DNA from: an uncultured Nitrospiraceae bacterium
GTDB taxonomy: Bacteria > Nitrospirota > Nitrospiria > Nitrospirales > Nitrospiraceae
Length of the DNA: 64,000 nucleotides
Reading direction: 5' to 3'
Assembly (NCBI GenBank): GCA_963846575.1
Contig: CAWJWJ010000002.1
Span: 1,152,001-1,216,000 of the forward strand
The translations under genes were made by a program, and so were the position numbers. The notes beneath the pieces are model-generated. The model had not been told where the DNA came from. It saw only the letters and a program-made list of their open reading frames with translations, and searched no databases. Numbering within the stretch: the first letter of the stretch is position 1; the number at the start of each line of letters is the position of its first letter. This document shows positions 46,924-56,300 of the stretch, piece after piece.

Positions 46924-49503
46924 TCAATGGAACTCGAACTTGAGCGAGCCGATGGCCGTGAACGGCGCTCCGGTATACACGATTTCACGAAAATTCTGTG
47001 ATCCGGTGAAATACCGTTGATCGAGCACATTCGTGAAGTTCAACGCGGCGAGCAGATTCGTTTTGTTGAACACTTCCTGTTTCCGGTAGTACAGGGCGGC
47101 ATCCATCCGGACGAAGCCGGGCAAATCGAACGGCGCCTGGCAGTTGGCGGGATCCTGGCATTGGAAGATTCCGTTTCGTTTCCCCTGCGCGTACATGCCG
47201 ACTCCGGCGCCGAATCCCTTGACCACTCCTTCCTGGAAGAAATACGTCGTCCAGACACTTCCCTGATGCAGGGCGCTGTTTGGTACGCGGCTTCCTACCT
47301 CAAATAGAAGGTCTTTGGTCACACGCGCGTCGATATACGCGTAATTAGCGATGATGTCCCACCCCGGCAGGATTCGTCCTGCGACGTCGAACTCCACGCC
47401 TTTGCTGCGCTGTTCCCCGGTCGCCACGGAGAAAAAGAACCCGTTCAAGGGATCGGCGGTCAACACGTGTTTCTTGGTGATGTCGAAAACGGCCACCGTG
47501 GATCGCAATCTCCCTTCGAACGCCTGGTATTTGACGCCTCCTTCATAGGACTTGCCGCGCTCCGGGTTAAACGGCGTGCCGGTGATACTTCTCGCTCCGG
47601 CCGTCTGGGGGGAGAATGATTCGGTATAGTTGGCGTAGATGGCGATCGGCGTCCAGGGCTGATAGGTCAGCCCGACGGAAGGACTGAACGCATTATTGGT
47701 TTGGCTGTTGCCGCTCCCGACCGGCGTGAACCCGTCGGGACGGTTGGTGACATTCTGCTCAAAGAGATCGAAACGTCCGCCGAAGTGCAGGTGCAGGTTC
47801 TCCAGGAGATCGACCTGATCGCCGACGTAGGCCCCGATGATGTTGTTCGTTTGAGTGGCGTCGCTGAATTTCGTGAGGGCCGGGTCCAGGAACAGTCTGT
47901 TGGCGGGATTATAGATGTTGATAAAGCTGAAGGCTCCCGGAGTGGTGGTATCGCCGCCGAAATCGCTGAAGCCTCTCGACGACGAGACCTCTCTTCCGAG
48001 TTCGACGCCGAGGATGGTGCGATGTTTGATAGACCCCGTGAAAAAGGAGCCGTGCAATTCGTTTTGCAGATAGTGGCTTTGAACGATCGTAGGAATTTCG
48101 TATCGCGCGAGGTTGAGGATGCCCGCCGCCTCATCGGTAAAAAAATTGGACTCGAGGCTTGAATACCGGCTGCTCCCTGCGGCCGTCCGGAACGCCGTGC
48201 GCCATCTGAACATGTCGTTGAATTGATGAAGCAGCGTGAGGGTGGCTTTGCCCTGTTGGACCTCCGCCCGCCTCGTCGGATCTCCCAGGAAACGGCTGAC
48301 CGGAATCGGCGCGACGCCGGTACCGAGGGCCACCAGTCCTCGATCGATGGGAGATGTATCATGAAGGTATTCGCCCTCGAACCGGAACGTGGTTCGCGAA
48401 CTGATGTCCCATCCGAAGGTCGGGGCCAGGAAGATGCGCTGGGTCTTCACCCCGTCCCGATAACTCTCGGCCGATTCGTACATGCCGTTGAACCGGTAAG
48501 TCAGGGTCTTGCTCTCGTTCAGCGGTCCGCCGACATCGATGACCGGACGATACAGGCCGTAGCTGCCGACGATCATCTCGGCGGAATAGTACCGGCTCTT
48601 CAGCGGAGCTTTCGTGATCTGATTGATGACGCCGCCCGGGTCGGATCGACCATACAGATAGGAGGGAGGGCCCTTCACGACCTCGACGCTCTCGAGGTTG
48701 ATGATATCGCGCTGCGTGCGCGCGCTAAACGTGCTGTCGTCACGAAAGCCGTTTTTGAAGACGTTGAACTCCGAGGCGAAGCCACGGATCATGAAGGTGC
48801 CGCCTTGGCCGCCCTGTGTCGTCGCCTGCGATAGTCCGCTGACATTTCGAAGCGCCTCGCTGAATCGAATGACTTTCTGATCATCGAGGACCTGTCGGGT
48901 CACGACTTCGACGGAGCGTGGCGTATCGTGAATGGGAACGGGGATTCTCGACGCTGTGGAAGAATCCTCGACGGCGTATCCCCGTTCCTCGACTTCCTTG
49001 ACCACGATCTCGGGAACTTTCACCGGCTTGGCGGAGGCCTTGAGCCTGCTGTTCGTCGGAGGCCCCGGTGGGAGAGGATCCGGTTGCTGGTTCATCGGTG
49101 CCGGAAGGGGTGCGATCGGGGCCTGTTCCAATGTCACGGTCCTGGAGTCGGTCAGCCGATAGGTCAGTCCGGTGCCGGCCAGGAGCAAACCGAGCGCTTC
49201 TTCGGGCATGTGACGGCCGATCAGGTCGTTGCTCTTCCTGTCTGCTGTCACCTCCGATGGCACGAGCAGGCGGTAGTTCGCTTGATCGGCGAACGAGGTG
49301 ATCGCAGAGCCCAGCGACTGCGATGGAATATTGAAGTCAACCTGTTCCGTCTGATCTGTGGCCGGGGAGGCCTGTGCGATGCGAAGCGTGCCGGCGGCGG
49401 CCGCATTCGAATACGGCCTGTCGCTCCCGGCCCATGTGCATTCCGCATAGGCCAACAATGCCCACGCGGAAATCGTCATATACAGAAACCCTGATCGTTG
49501 CAT
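46924..49503 (-). CDS. TonB-dependent siderophore receptor/transducer with N-terminal STN signalling domain
   Basis: FNIPSQSL..A STN, plug (TPRSVEVV, IRGF, EVVKGP...YG..PGG.IN), barrel and C-terminal KFEFH. Confidence 0.95.
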   Translation of the reverse strand: MQRSGFLYMTISAWALLAYAECTWAGSDRPYSNAAAAGTLRIAQASPATDQTEQVDFNIPSQSLGSAITSFADQANYRLLVPSEVTADRKSNDLIGRHMPEEALGLLLAGTGLTYRLTDSRTVTLEQAPIAPLPAPMNQQPDPLPPGPPTNSRLKASAKPVKVPEIVVKEVEERGYAVEDSSTASRIPVPIHDTPRSVEVVTRQVLDDQKVIRFSEALRNVSGLSQATTQGGQGGTFMIRGFASEFNVFKNGFRDDSTFSARTQRDIINLESVEVVKGPPSYLYGRSDPGGVINQITKAPLKSRYYSAEMIVGSYGLYRPVIDVGGPLNESKTLTYRFNGMYESAESYRDGVKTQRIFLAPTFGWDISSRTTFRFEGEYLHDTSPIDRGLVALGTGVAPIPVSRFLGDPTRRAEVQQGKATLTLLHQFNDMFRWRTAFRTAAGSSRYSSLESNFFTDEAAGILNLARYEIPTIVQSHYLQNELHGSFFTGSIKHRTILGVELGREVSSSRGFSDFGGDTTTPGAFSFINIYNPANRLFLDPALTKFSDATQTNNIIGAYVGDQVDLLENLHLHFGGRFDLFEQNVTNRPDGFTPVGSGNSQTNNAFSPSVGLTYQPWTPIAIYANYTESFSPQTAGARSITGTPFNPERGKSYEGGVKYQAFEGRLRSTVAVFDITKKHVLTADPLNGFFFSVATGEQRSKGVEFDVAGRILPGWDIIANYAYIDARVTKDLLFEVGSRVPNSALHQGSVWTTYFFQEGVVKGFGAGVGMYAQGKRNGIFQCQDPANCQAPFDLPGFVRMDAALYYRKQEVFNKTNLLAALNFTNVLDQRYFTGSQNFREIVYTGAPFTAIGSLKFEFH

Positions 49504-49578
49504 TATTCCCCCTGAGGTCTTGTCGCCCGGATCATTTCTTTCACTCGCACGTCATTCGGAGCCGGTTCACATCAGGTA

Positions 49579-49605
49579 TAGACGGACAGGGCCAAAAAAC
49601 TTGCA
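49579..49605 (-). promoter_or_regulatory. ECF-type promoter of the TonB-dependent receptor
   Basis: Minus strand TGCAAGTTTT...CGTCTA (TG-N19-CGTC). Confidence 0.65.
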
Positions 49606-49702
49606 GTGAGAAAGCGGCGCAATCGGAGAAAATGCAGCAAAAAAAGAGCATGCAGCAGGGCCGGAGAAACGACGGGGAGCAAGCGGGTGTTTCGGTCGCG
49701 GA

Positions 49703-50680
49703 TCAGTGCAGCAGGACGAGGTAGGGCGACAGAGCCGTTTCATGAATGGCGAGGGTCCGATGAATCGTCCGCAGAGCGGCATCCGGATCAGCCAGATCAA
49801 ATACGCCGGTGACCTTGAGCGGGCGGAGGGCCGGATTCAAAATGACGATGCGTCCATGACGATAGCGATTGAGCTCGTCGACGACCTCCGCCAATGGCCG
49901 GGCTTCGAAGATCAACTTGCCTCGTTGCCATGAGGTTTCCGTTTGCATGTCGATGTGGTGAGCCTCGCCCATGCCCTGCCGGTCGGAGAAGAACACCTGT
50001 TCGCCTTCGTTCAATGTCAGGGAGGCCGTGGTGGTGGTCTCCGGCGCATCGACCCGGACGTTGTGCTCCAGGACCGTCACCGAGATGCGATCCGGATGGA
50101 GGCGGACCGAAAAGACGGTGCCAAGCGCGCGGGTGTGGAGTGACTGGCTATGGACGGTAAACGGGCGATCCGGATCATCTATGACTGTAAAGGACGCCTC
50201 TCCCCGGATGAGCACGATGTCTCGTTGTTCCTCCGAGAAGGCGACGTTGACGGCCGTATTGGTATTCAGTTGGATTCTGCTGCCATCCTCCAGGGTCACC
50301 GTGCGTAGCTCGCCCACCCCGGTCTGATGATCGGCCGTCACCGCTCTGAGCCAGACCCCGACGGATTCCATGAGGAGCGCGCCGGTGATCAGGGCGAGAC
50401 AGGCTGCCAGGGTCCAGGCGGTTCTCCGTGATCGCCGGTGCGACCCTTTCGGTGATGGAGTGGAGTCGGGAGAGGGTACGCGTCCGATGTCCATCCACAG
50501 CGATTCAGCCGTGCGATAGGCCCGGTCATGAGCGGGGCTCCGACGTCGCCACGCGTCACAATCCGCCCGGATACCGTCTGAAGCATGGCCCGAGTGAATC
50601 CGGACCAACCACTCGAGCGCTTCATCCAGGAGGTCATCCGGCGATTCCGGAGTGGTTCGAGGGGAGAAATCTTCGGGCAT
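49703..50680 (-). CDS. fecR: FecR-family anti-sigma factor
   Basis: EALEWLVR...W...SPAH..AY, TM segment, T.VGE.R.VTL.DGS...LNT.T, RALGT.F, WQRG.L.F. Confidence 0.93.
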   Translation of the reverse strand: MPEDFSPRTTPESPDDLLDEALEWLVRIHSGHASDGIRADCDAWRRRSPAHDRAYRTAESLWMDIGRVPSPDSTPSPKGSHRRSRRTAWTLAACLALITGALLMESVGVWLRAVTADHQTGVGELRTVTLEDGSRIQLNTNTAVNVAFSEEQRDIVLIRGEASFTVIDDPDRPFTVHSQSLHTRALGTVFSVRLHPDRISVTVLEHNVRVDAPETTTTASLTLNEGEQVFFSDRQGMGEAHHIDMQTETSWQRGKLIFEARPLAEVVDELNRYRHGRIVILNPALRPLKVTGVFDLADPDAALRTIHRTLAIHETALSPYLVLLH

Positions 50681-50744
50681 CCGTTGTTCCGTCTTATCGG
50701 TTGGCGAACTCGATCGCCTACCCACTAGGGTCGTTCTACCCTAT

Positions 50745-50771
50745 AAGACGGATCAACGGGATCTTTCAACA
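50745..50771 (-). promoter_or_regulatory. ECF-type promoter candidate upstream of fecR
   Basis: Minus strand TGTTGAAAG...CGTCTT (TG-N19-CGTC). Confidence 0.5.
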
Positions 50772-50785
50772 ATGAACGGCTTTGA

Positions 50786-51298
50786 TCATGCCGGATCCTG
50801 CATCCTCGATCGACAATGCTTCAAGGCCTGGATGATGTATTTCGCCACCATACTTTCCGACACACCGAGAGTGCGAGCGATTTCCTTATGGGTTTTGCCG
50901 TCCAGCCGGTTGAGTAGTAATGCGCTCCTGCACTTGACCGACAGCTCTTGCATGGCCGCCTCCAACAGGACGACCCGTTGCTTCGCGTCGAGCGTGTCCT
51001 CGGCGTTGGGGGCGAAACTGGCAGTCTCCTCCTGCAGCGGTTCGACACTCAAGACGCCTCTGCGAGTCCTGGCCTTTCGCAGATAGTCGATGGAGAGATT
51101 GGCTGCCACGCGGAAAAGAAATGCGCGGGGATTCCGGACCGCGATGGTCTCGCCCATGCGCACCAGATGCACATAGGTTTCCTGCGCACAATCAGCCGCC
51201 AGGTCACGGCATCCCAATTTGCGCGTAAAAAAACGGAGCAGGTCCTGGTGATACTCCTGAAATGCGGAGAGACAGGGGAGTGCGTGATCGGTTTCCAT
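50786..51298 (-). CDS. fecI: FecI-like ECF sigma factor
   Basis: LLRFFTRKLG..DLAAD..QE, NPRAFLFRVA.NL.ID, LLNRLDG..HKEIA..LGVS.SMV.KYI.QAL.HC. Confidence 0.92.
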   Translation of the reverse strand: METDHALPCLSAFQEYHQDLLRFFTRKLGCRDLAADCAQETYVHLVRMGETIAVRNPRAFLFRVAANLSIDYLRKARTRRGVLSVEPLQEETASFAPNAEDTLDAKQRVVLLEAAMQELSVKCRSALLLNRLDGKTHKEIARTLGVSESMVAKYIIQALKHCRSRMQDPA

Positions 51299-51310
51299 AA
51301 TGTATAGGTC

Positions 51311-52246
51311 CTATTCCAGGCGATAGCCGATGGGCAGTTGTACAACGATGTCTGGTTGGCCGAGCGGATGCTTCAACGGGATCGGAGAGGTACGCTTGAG
51401 GAGTGCGATGGCGTCGTGATCCAGGGTCGGATGTCCCGAGCTTTCGATCACGGTGACCTCCCCCACATGGCCATCTTCTCTCACGACCGCCTGCAGCAGC
51501 ACGTGGCCTTCCAATCCGTCGGTTTTGGCTGTCTGAGGGTATCGCTTGAGTTGTTCCACCCTCGTGAACAGAACCTGTGCGAGCCACGAATAATCGGCGT
51601 GAATTGTCTGCGTCACGGACGGATCGCGATCCTGTGGAAGGGGGCGGCGGGCGATCCGGACCCTCTCCTCAATCGAAGGTTCGGATGCCAACCGTGATGG
51701 CTCTGCTACGTCCACCGCAGGAGGGGGAATGTCTGCGGAGACCGGCTCATCTGCCGGAACAATCGCGGTCGATTCCGGTGCGCTGTGGCTGGAGTCGGTC
51801 CGGGGACTCGACGGCTCGGTCATGGCCATGTCCCGGGAAGGCGGTGCGTGGTGAGTCGGCTTGCGTGGAAGCAAGGGAGTTCGTTTGGAGGACTCCGCGC
51901 GGGGAGGTTCATCGATCGGCAGGTTGGAAGGTGCCGCCCCCTGTAAGGAACTCGCGAGGATCGGTTCATGAGGCGCCGTTTCAGAAAGCCCGGATGCGGA
52001 TGCGCTCCCTTGAGTGGTCACCAGGCGGCGGGTGGAGGCGGCAGGGACCGGCGTCGGCAGATCGGAACTGATCGGTTCCGGATGGGGGGCGGAGATCAGC
52101 GACACGTCCCATTGAAAGGACCGTTCGCGAGGGAGAACCGTAAAGTCCGCCGCCAGCACCACTGCAGTGCCGACGCCAAGGGCATGCAGCAAGAGGGATA
52201 ACATCCAGCCCCCGATCCTGGGCAGGGCGTCACGATTGACGCTCAT
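51311..52246 (-). CDS. tonB: Second energy transducer TonB
   Basis: N-terminal SLLLH TM, P/S-rich linker and C-terminal KRYP..A...GLEG.V...SSG...LD..A. Confidence 0.85.
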   Translation of the reverse strand: MSVNRDALPRIGGWMLSLLLHALGVGTAVVLAADFTVLPRERSFQWDVSLISAPHPEPISSDLPTPVPAASTRRLVTTQGSASASGLSETAPHEPILASSLQGAAPSNLPIDEPPRAESSKRTPLLPRKPTHHAPPSRDMAMTEPSSPRTDSSHSAPESTAIVPADEPVSADIPPPAVDVAEPSRLASEPSIEERVRIARRPLPQDRDPSVTQTIHADYSWLAQVLFTRVEQLKRYPQTAKTDGLEGHVLLQAVVREDGHVGEVTVIESSGHPTLDHDAIALLKRTSPIPLKHPLGQPDIVVQLPIGYRLE

Positions 52247-52758
52247 CGGAGTCCTACCTGCACAACCTGTTGCCTTCGAAATTCGGAAGGCGAGCAGCCC
52301 ATGACACGTTTGAAGAAGTGACTGAATGCGAAGGAGTCACTGAATCCAAGCCGCTCCGCTATATGAGCAAGCGGGAGGTCATGATCCCGTAACAGGCCGG
52401 TTGCCCTGGTGATCCGGAGAGTTTTGACATAATGCGAGAAACACACACCCATCCGAACGCGGAAGAACTCAGAACAATACTTCTGGGAATAGCCGAGAAA
52501 GTTTGACAGGTCTTTGAGGGTGACTCGTTCTTTCAGATGCTCGGAGAGAAAAGTTTGCAAGCGCTGTTGCATGCTGTCGGAAGAGGTCGCCGGTCCCCCG
52601 GCTTGTGTGCGGGCAAGGGGAGTCGGAATCCTGACCTCATGAATCGGGAGTGGTTCATGCGGTTCGGCCGCACGTGCCGGGCACAATCGCGGGCTGACCT
52701 GCTGTCGGGTATCCGGACGGTCGGTGTGAAGATCCCGGGATAACGCTTGTATCATCAT
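52243..52758 (-). CDS. Short AraC-family regulator (HTH domain only)
   Basis: L..LS..LGYS..Y.S..F...G..F..Y...LRI..A..LL...IA..LGFSD...FS.FFKR..G.SPSEFR. Confidence 0.88.
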   Translation of the reverse strand: MMIQALSRDLHTDRPDTRQQVSPRLCPARAAEPHEPLPIHEVRIPTPLARTQAGGPATSSDSMQQRLQTFLSEHLKERVTLKDLSNFLGYSQKYCSEFFRVRMGVCFSHYVKTLRITRATGLLRDHDLPLAHIAERLGFSDSFAFSHFFKRVMGCSPSEFRRQQVVQVGLR

Positions 52759-52787
52759 CTATTTCATTCCTTTTTATTCGTCATGAA

Positions 52788-52819
52788 CAAAAAAGCCCAC
52801 GATCGTAAGACCGTGGGCT
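52788..52819 (-). terminator. Intrinsic terminator in the 5' leader of the araC-tonB-fecI operon
   Basis: Minus strand AGCCCACGGTC-TTAC-GATCGTGGGCT followed by TTTTTG. Confidence 0.8.
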
Positions 52820-52874
52820 CTGGGAATTGGATTCCTCGGGCCTCTGCTGGCTGTCGGTGCAGAGACGAACTTCG

Positions 52875-52895
52875 TATTGAGTATGGTTCTCAATA
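52875..52895. promoter_or_regulatory. Fur-box-like palindrome
   Basis: TATTGAG-TATGGTT-CTCAATA, resembling TTGAGAATnATTCTCAA Fur-box variants. Confidence 0.65.
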
Positions 52896-52919
52896 TCACA
52901 AAGAATCTGATCCTGTCAA
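52892..52919 (-). promoter_or_regulatory. sigma70-type promoter overlapped by the Fur box
   Basis: Minus strand TTGACA-N16-GATATT with TG extension. Confidence 0.6.
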
Positions 52920-53287
52920 GCCGGACGGGATAGGAACTCTTCACGGAAAGATGTGCGGCCGCTCGTAGAGGGGGGTGGGGCTGATCTCGATCGCGCCCGC
53001 TTCGCTCACGGATCCTCGGGCTGGATCTCTCCCATCAGCAGTGGAGGCTTCCCACGCGAGGCAAAGTTTTCCCTGCAGGGTACCCGCCAATCACGGACCG
53101 CCCGATTTGCCGGTCAGATTGCCTTTCACACCCTGTTGCGAAGTCCCGGCGTTCACTCCAGCTTCCCGGGAGTTCCATTGACCCGGTTGTTCCTTCGGTC
53201 ATGGATCGAGGTCCTTCACCCGGTAATAAGTATTTCCCGAATGAACCGATTCAGGAAATTGAACATGCCAATCGGAGAAAACGGCTG

Positions 53288-53314
53288 TGCAAGATTTCCA
53301 TTCGTCTGCGTCTT
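53288..53314 (+). promoter_or_regulatory. ECF-type promoter of the NRPS/PKS operon
   Basis: TGCAAGATTT...CGTCTT (TG-N19-CGTC), nearly identical to the receptor promoter. Confidence 0.65.
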
Positions 53315-53350
53315 CTAAGTTAGGTCGTCACACGCAACGAGCTCGGAAAC

Positions 53351-56300
53351 ATGTGCACAATGTTGAGACAACCACCTTCCGGCAAGCGTCACACCGTGAT
53401 CGATATTCTTCGCGCGCGGGACTCCTCGACCCCCGCGCGCAGAGCCTATACGTATTTGCGTGATGGAGAGACCGACGAACAATGGCTTGACTATCACGAA
53501 CTGGACCGCCGCGCCCGGGGGATCGCGGCCTGGTTGCAATCCTATGGGGCCGCCGGCGAACGCGCCCTCCTGTTGTATCCTCCCGGTCTGGACTACCTTG
53601 CGGCCTTTTTCGGCTGCCTCTATGCCGGAGTGATTGCAGTGCCGGCCTATCCCCCCCAACGGGAACGGGGCATGCCTCGCGTGCTGTCCATACTCCAGGA
53701 TTCACGGGCTGCCTATGCGTTGACCACCCACTCCATCCATCAGGCCATCGGAAGGCTCTCGCCGCGCGACGGTGGACTCGAGCAGCTTGCCGGGCTGCGG
53801 TGGCTGACTACCGATACCGGCGAACCCGGCGCCGAAGACTCCTGGCAGCACCCCGACATCGACGCGGATACCCTGGCATTCCTCCAATACACATCCGGCT
53901 CGACCGGCCAGCCGAAGGGCGTCATGGTCAGCCATGCCAACCTGTTGCATAACCAGCGAATGATTCAGGACGCTTTCGGCCATACGGAACGGGACTGCAT
54001 CGTGGGGTGGTTGCCCCTCTACCATGATATGGGGCTGATCGGGAATGTGCTGCAGCCGCTGTTCCTCGGTGTCCCTTGCGTGCTCATGTCGCCGATACAT
54101 GTCCTGCAAAAGCCGGTGCGTTGGCTGTCCGCGATTTCGCGGTACCGTGCGACCACCAGCGGGGGGCCCAATTTCGCCTTCGATCTCTGCGTGCGCCAGA
54201 TCACGCCCTCACAGCGGGCTTCGTTGGATTTGAGTAGCTGGACGGTGGCGTTTAACGGAGCAGAGCCTGTTCGAGCCGGCACCATCGAACAATTCGCTCG
54301 AACGTTTGCCGGGTGTGGATTCAGGCGGGAGGCGTTTTATCCCTGTTACGGACTGGCCGAGGCAACCCTCCTGGTCGCTGGTGGGACCGCCAACGCTCCA
54401 CCCGTGACGCGAGAGTTCGATCAGTCAGGTCTCAATCTCCATGCCGGGACACAACCGATGGGGACGGGTCATCCCACGCCGGTGCTCGTAGGTTCCGGTG
54501 TCGCCCGGCTCGAACAACTGATTCGCATTGTCCGTCCGGAATCAAGCACCTCCTGCCCGGATGGTCAGGTCGGAGAGATCTGGGTCAGCGGGCCGAGTGT
54601 CGCGCAGGGGTATTGGGGACAGGAACTGGAAACGTGCGCAACCTTTATGGCCAGGCTTGCCGATACCGGAGAGGGCCCGTTTTTACGCACGGGGGATCTG
54701 GGGTTCGTGCACGAAGGCGAACTGTTCGTCACCGGCCGGTTGAAAGATCTCATCATCATTCGTGGGCGCAACCACTATCCGCAGGACATCGAACGTACCG
54801 TGGAGGACAGCCATCCGGCGCTCAGGCCCGGCGGGGGAGCGGCCTTTTCCGTCGTGGAAAGGGACGAGGAACAGTTGGTTGTAGTCCAGGAGATCGAACT
54901 CCGTGCCCGGAACATCAACCATGACGCGATCATGGCTGACATTCGCCGGGCCGTGACGAGACAGCATGAAGTGCCGGTCTTTGCCGTCGTCCTCATCAAG
55001 GCGGGGCATCTGCCCAAGACGTCCAGTGGAAAGGTCCAGCGAAGCCTCTGCCGCACCAGATTCCTCGAACAGGCCTTCGAGGTGATCGGGCAGGCCCTTG
55101 CCCCCGCACCATTACAGGCCGGCGACCTCAGCACATCATTCGAGGCGGTCAGGCGAGGCGGGGTGGCATCGGAAAGGAATCTTGACCAGCTCGTCACGGA
55201 GATCTGGGCGGGGGTATTGAATCAACCGAACATCGGACCACAAGACGATTTCTTCGCGCTGGGCGGCGATTCGCTACGCGGCACGCAGGTGCTGGCCCGC
55301 CTGCGTGAGGAGGGCCGGATCGAGGTGCCCTTGGAGACGCTGTTCGATTTTCCGACTCTGGCGGACTTCGTCAGCCACATCGGGACCAGGACGCCCGCTG
55401 CTCCTGCCGAGGACGGCGTCGCGATGCGGCCCGCTCGGCCGGAGGATCCACAGCCGCTCTCGCGGACTCAGGAGCGCTTCTGGTTTCTCGAGCAACTCTC
55501 ACCTGGCACTCCCGTCAACAATGTTCCCGTCGCGCTGAGGCTGCAGGGGCGACTCGATGTCGAGACCCTTCGCCGTTCCCTGCAGGAAATTTTACGGCGC
55601 CATGACATCCTCCGGGCCCGGTGCATACTCCGTGACGGTCGACCGGCACAGATCATCGCGCCGACTCTCGACCTTTCTCTGGCCGTCGAGGAGTTGATCC
55701 CGATAGGCGAAACGGATCCGGAGCGCCAGCTCCGGCAGGCACTCGATCAAGAGGCGGTCCAGCCGTTCGATCTGATGACGGGGCCTTTGCTCCGGCTCCG
55801 TCTATTCCGGATGGCGGACTGGGATCATGTCTTGTCGCTGACGCTGCATCACATCGTGACAGACGGCTGGTCGATGGGAATCGTCAGTCGCGAGTTGGCC
55901 GCGCTGTACGAGGCCTTTGTGAACCGCCGTGTATCTCCGCTTCCCCCTCTTCCCATCCAGTATCTCGACGTGGTGGCGGGTGAGCGCGAGGATCACCGGG
56001 AAGCGCTCTACAGAAGGCAGATCGAATATTGGCGACAGCGTCTGGAGGATGTTCCCGCCCTATTGAGGCTGCCATACGATCGGGCGCGGCCGGAGGTGCA
56101 GAACTATCGTGGGGCGCGTCACCGCTGGACGGTGGAGGCGGCGCTCGTGCGCAGGCTGCAGAACATCGGGCATCAGCAGCGGGCGACGTTGTTCATGACG
56201 CTGTTGGCGGCCTTCGACGTGCTCTTATCCCGCTACAGCGGCCAGGCGGACTTCTGCGTGGGCACGCCGGTGGCCAATCGAAACCGGATGGACTGGGAGC

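Noticed and set aside
52820..52860. ANTAR dual-hairpin or known riboswitch in the araC leader
   Set aside because: GCAGAGGC resembles an ANTAR loop but lacks a closing stem, and I recognised no riboswitch consensus. Kept only as a generic sRNA/attenuator candidate.
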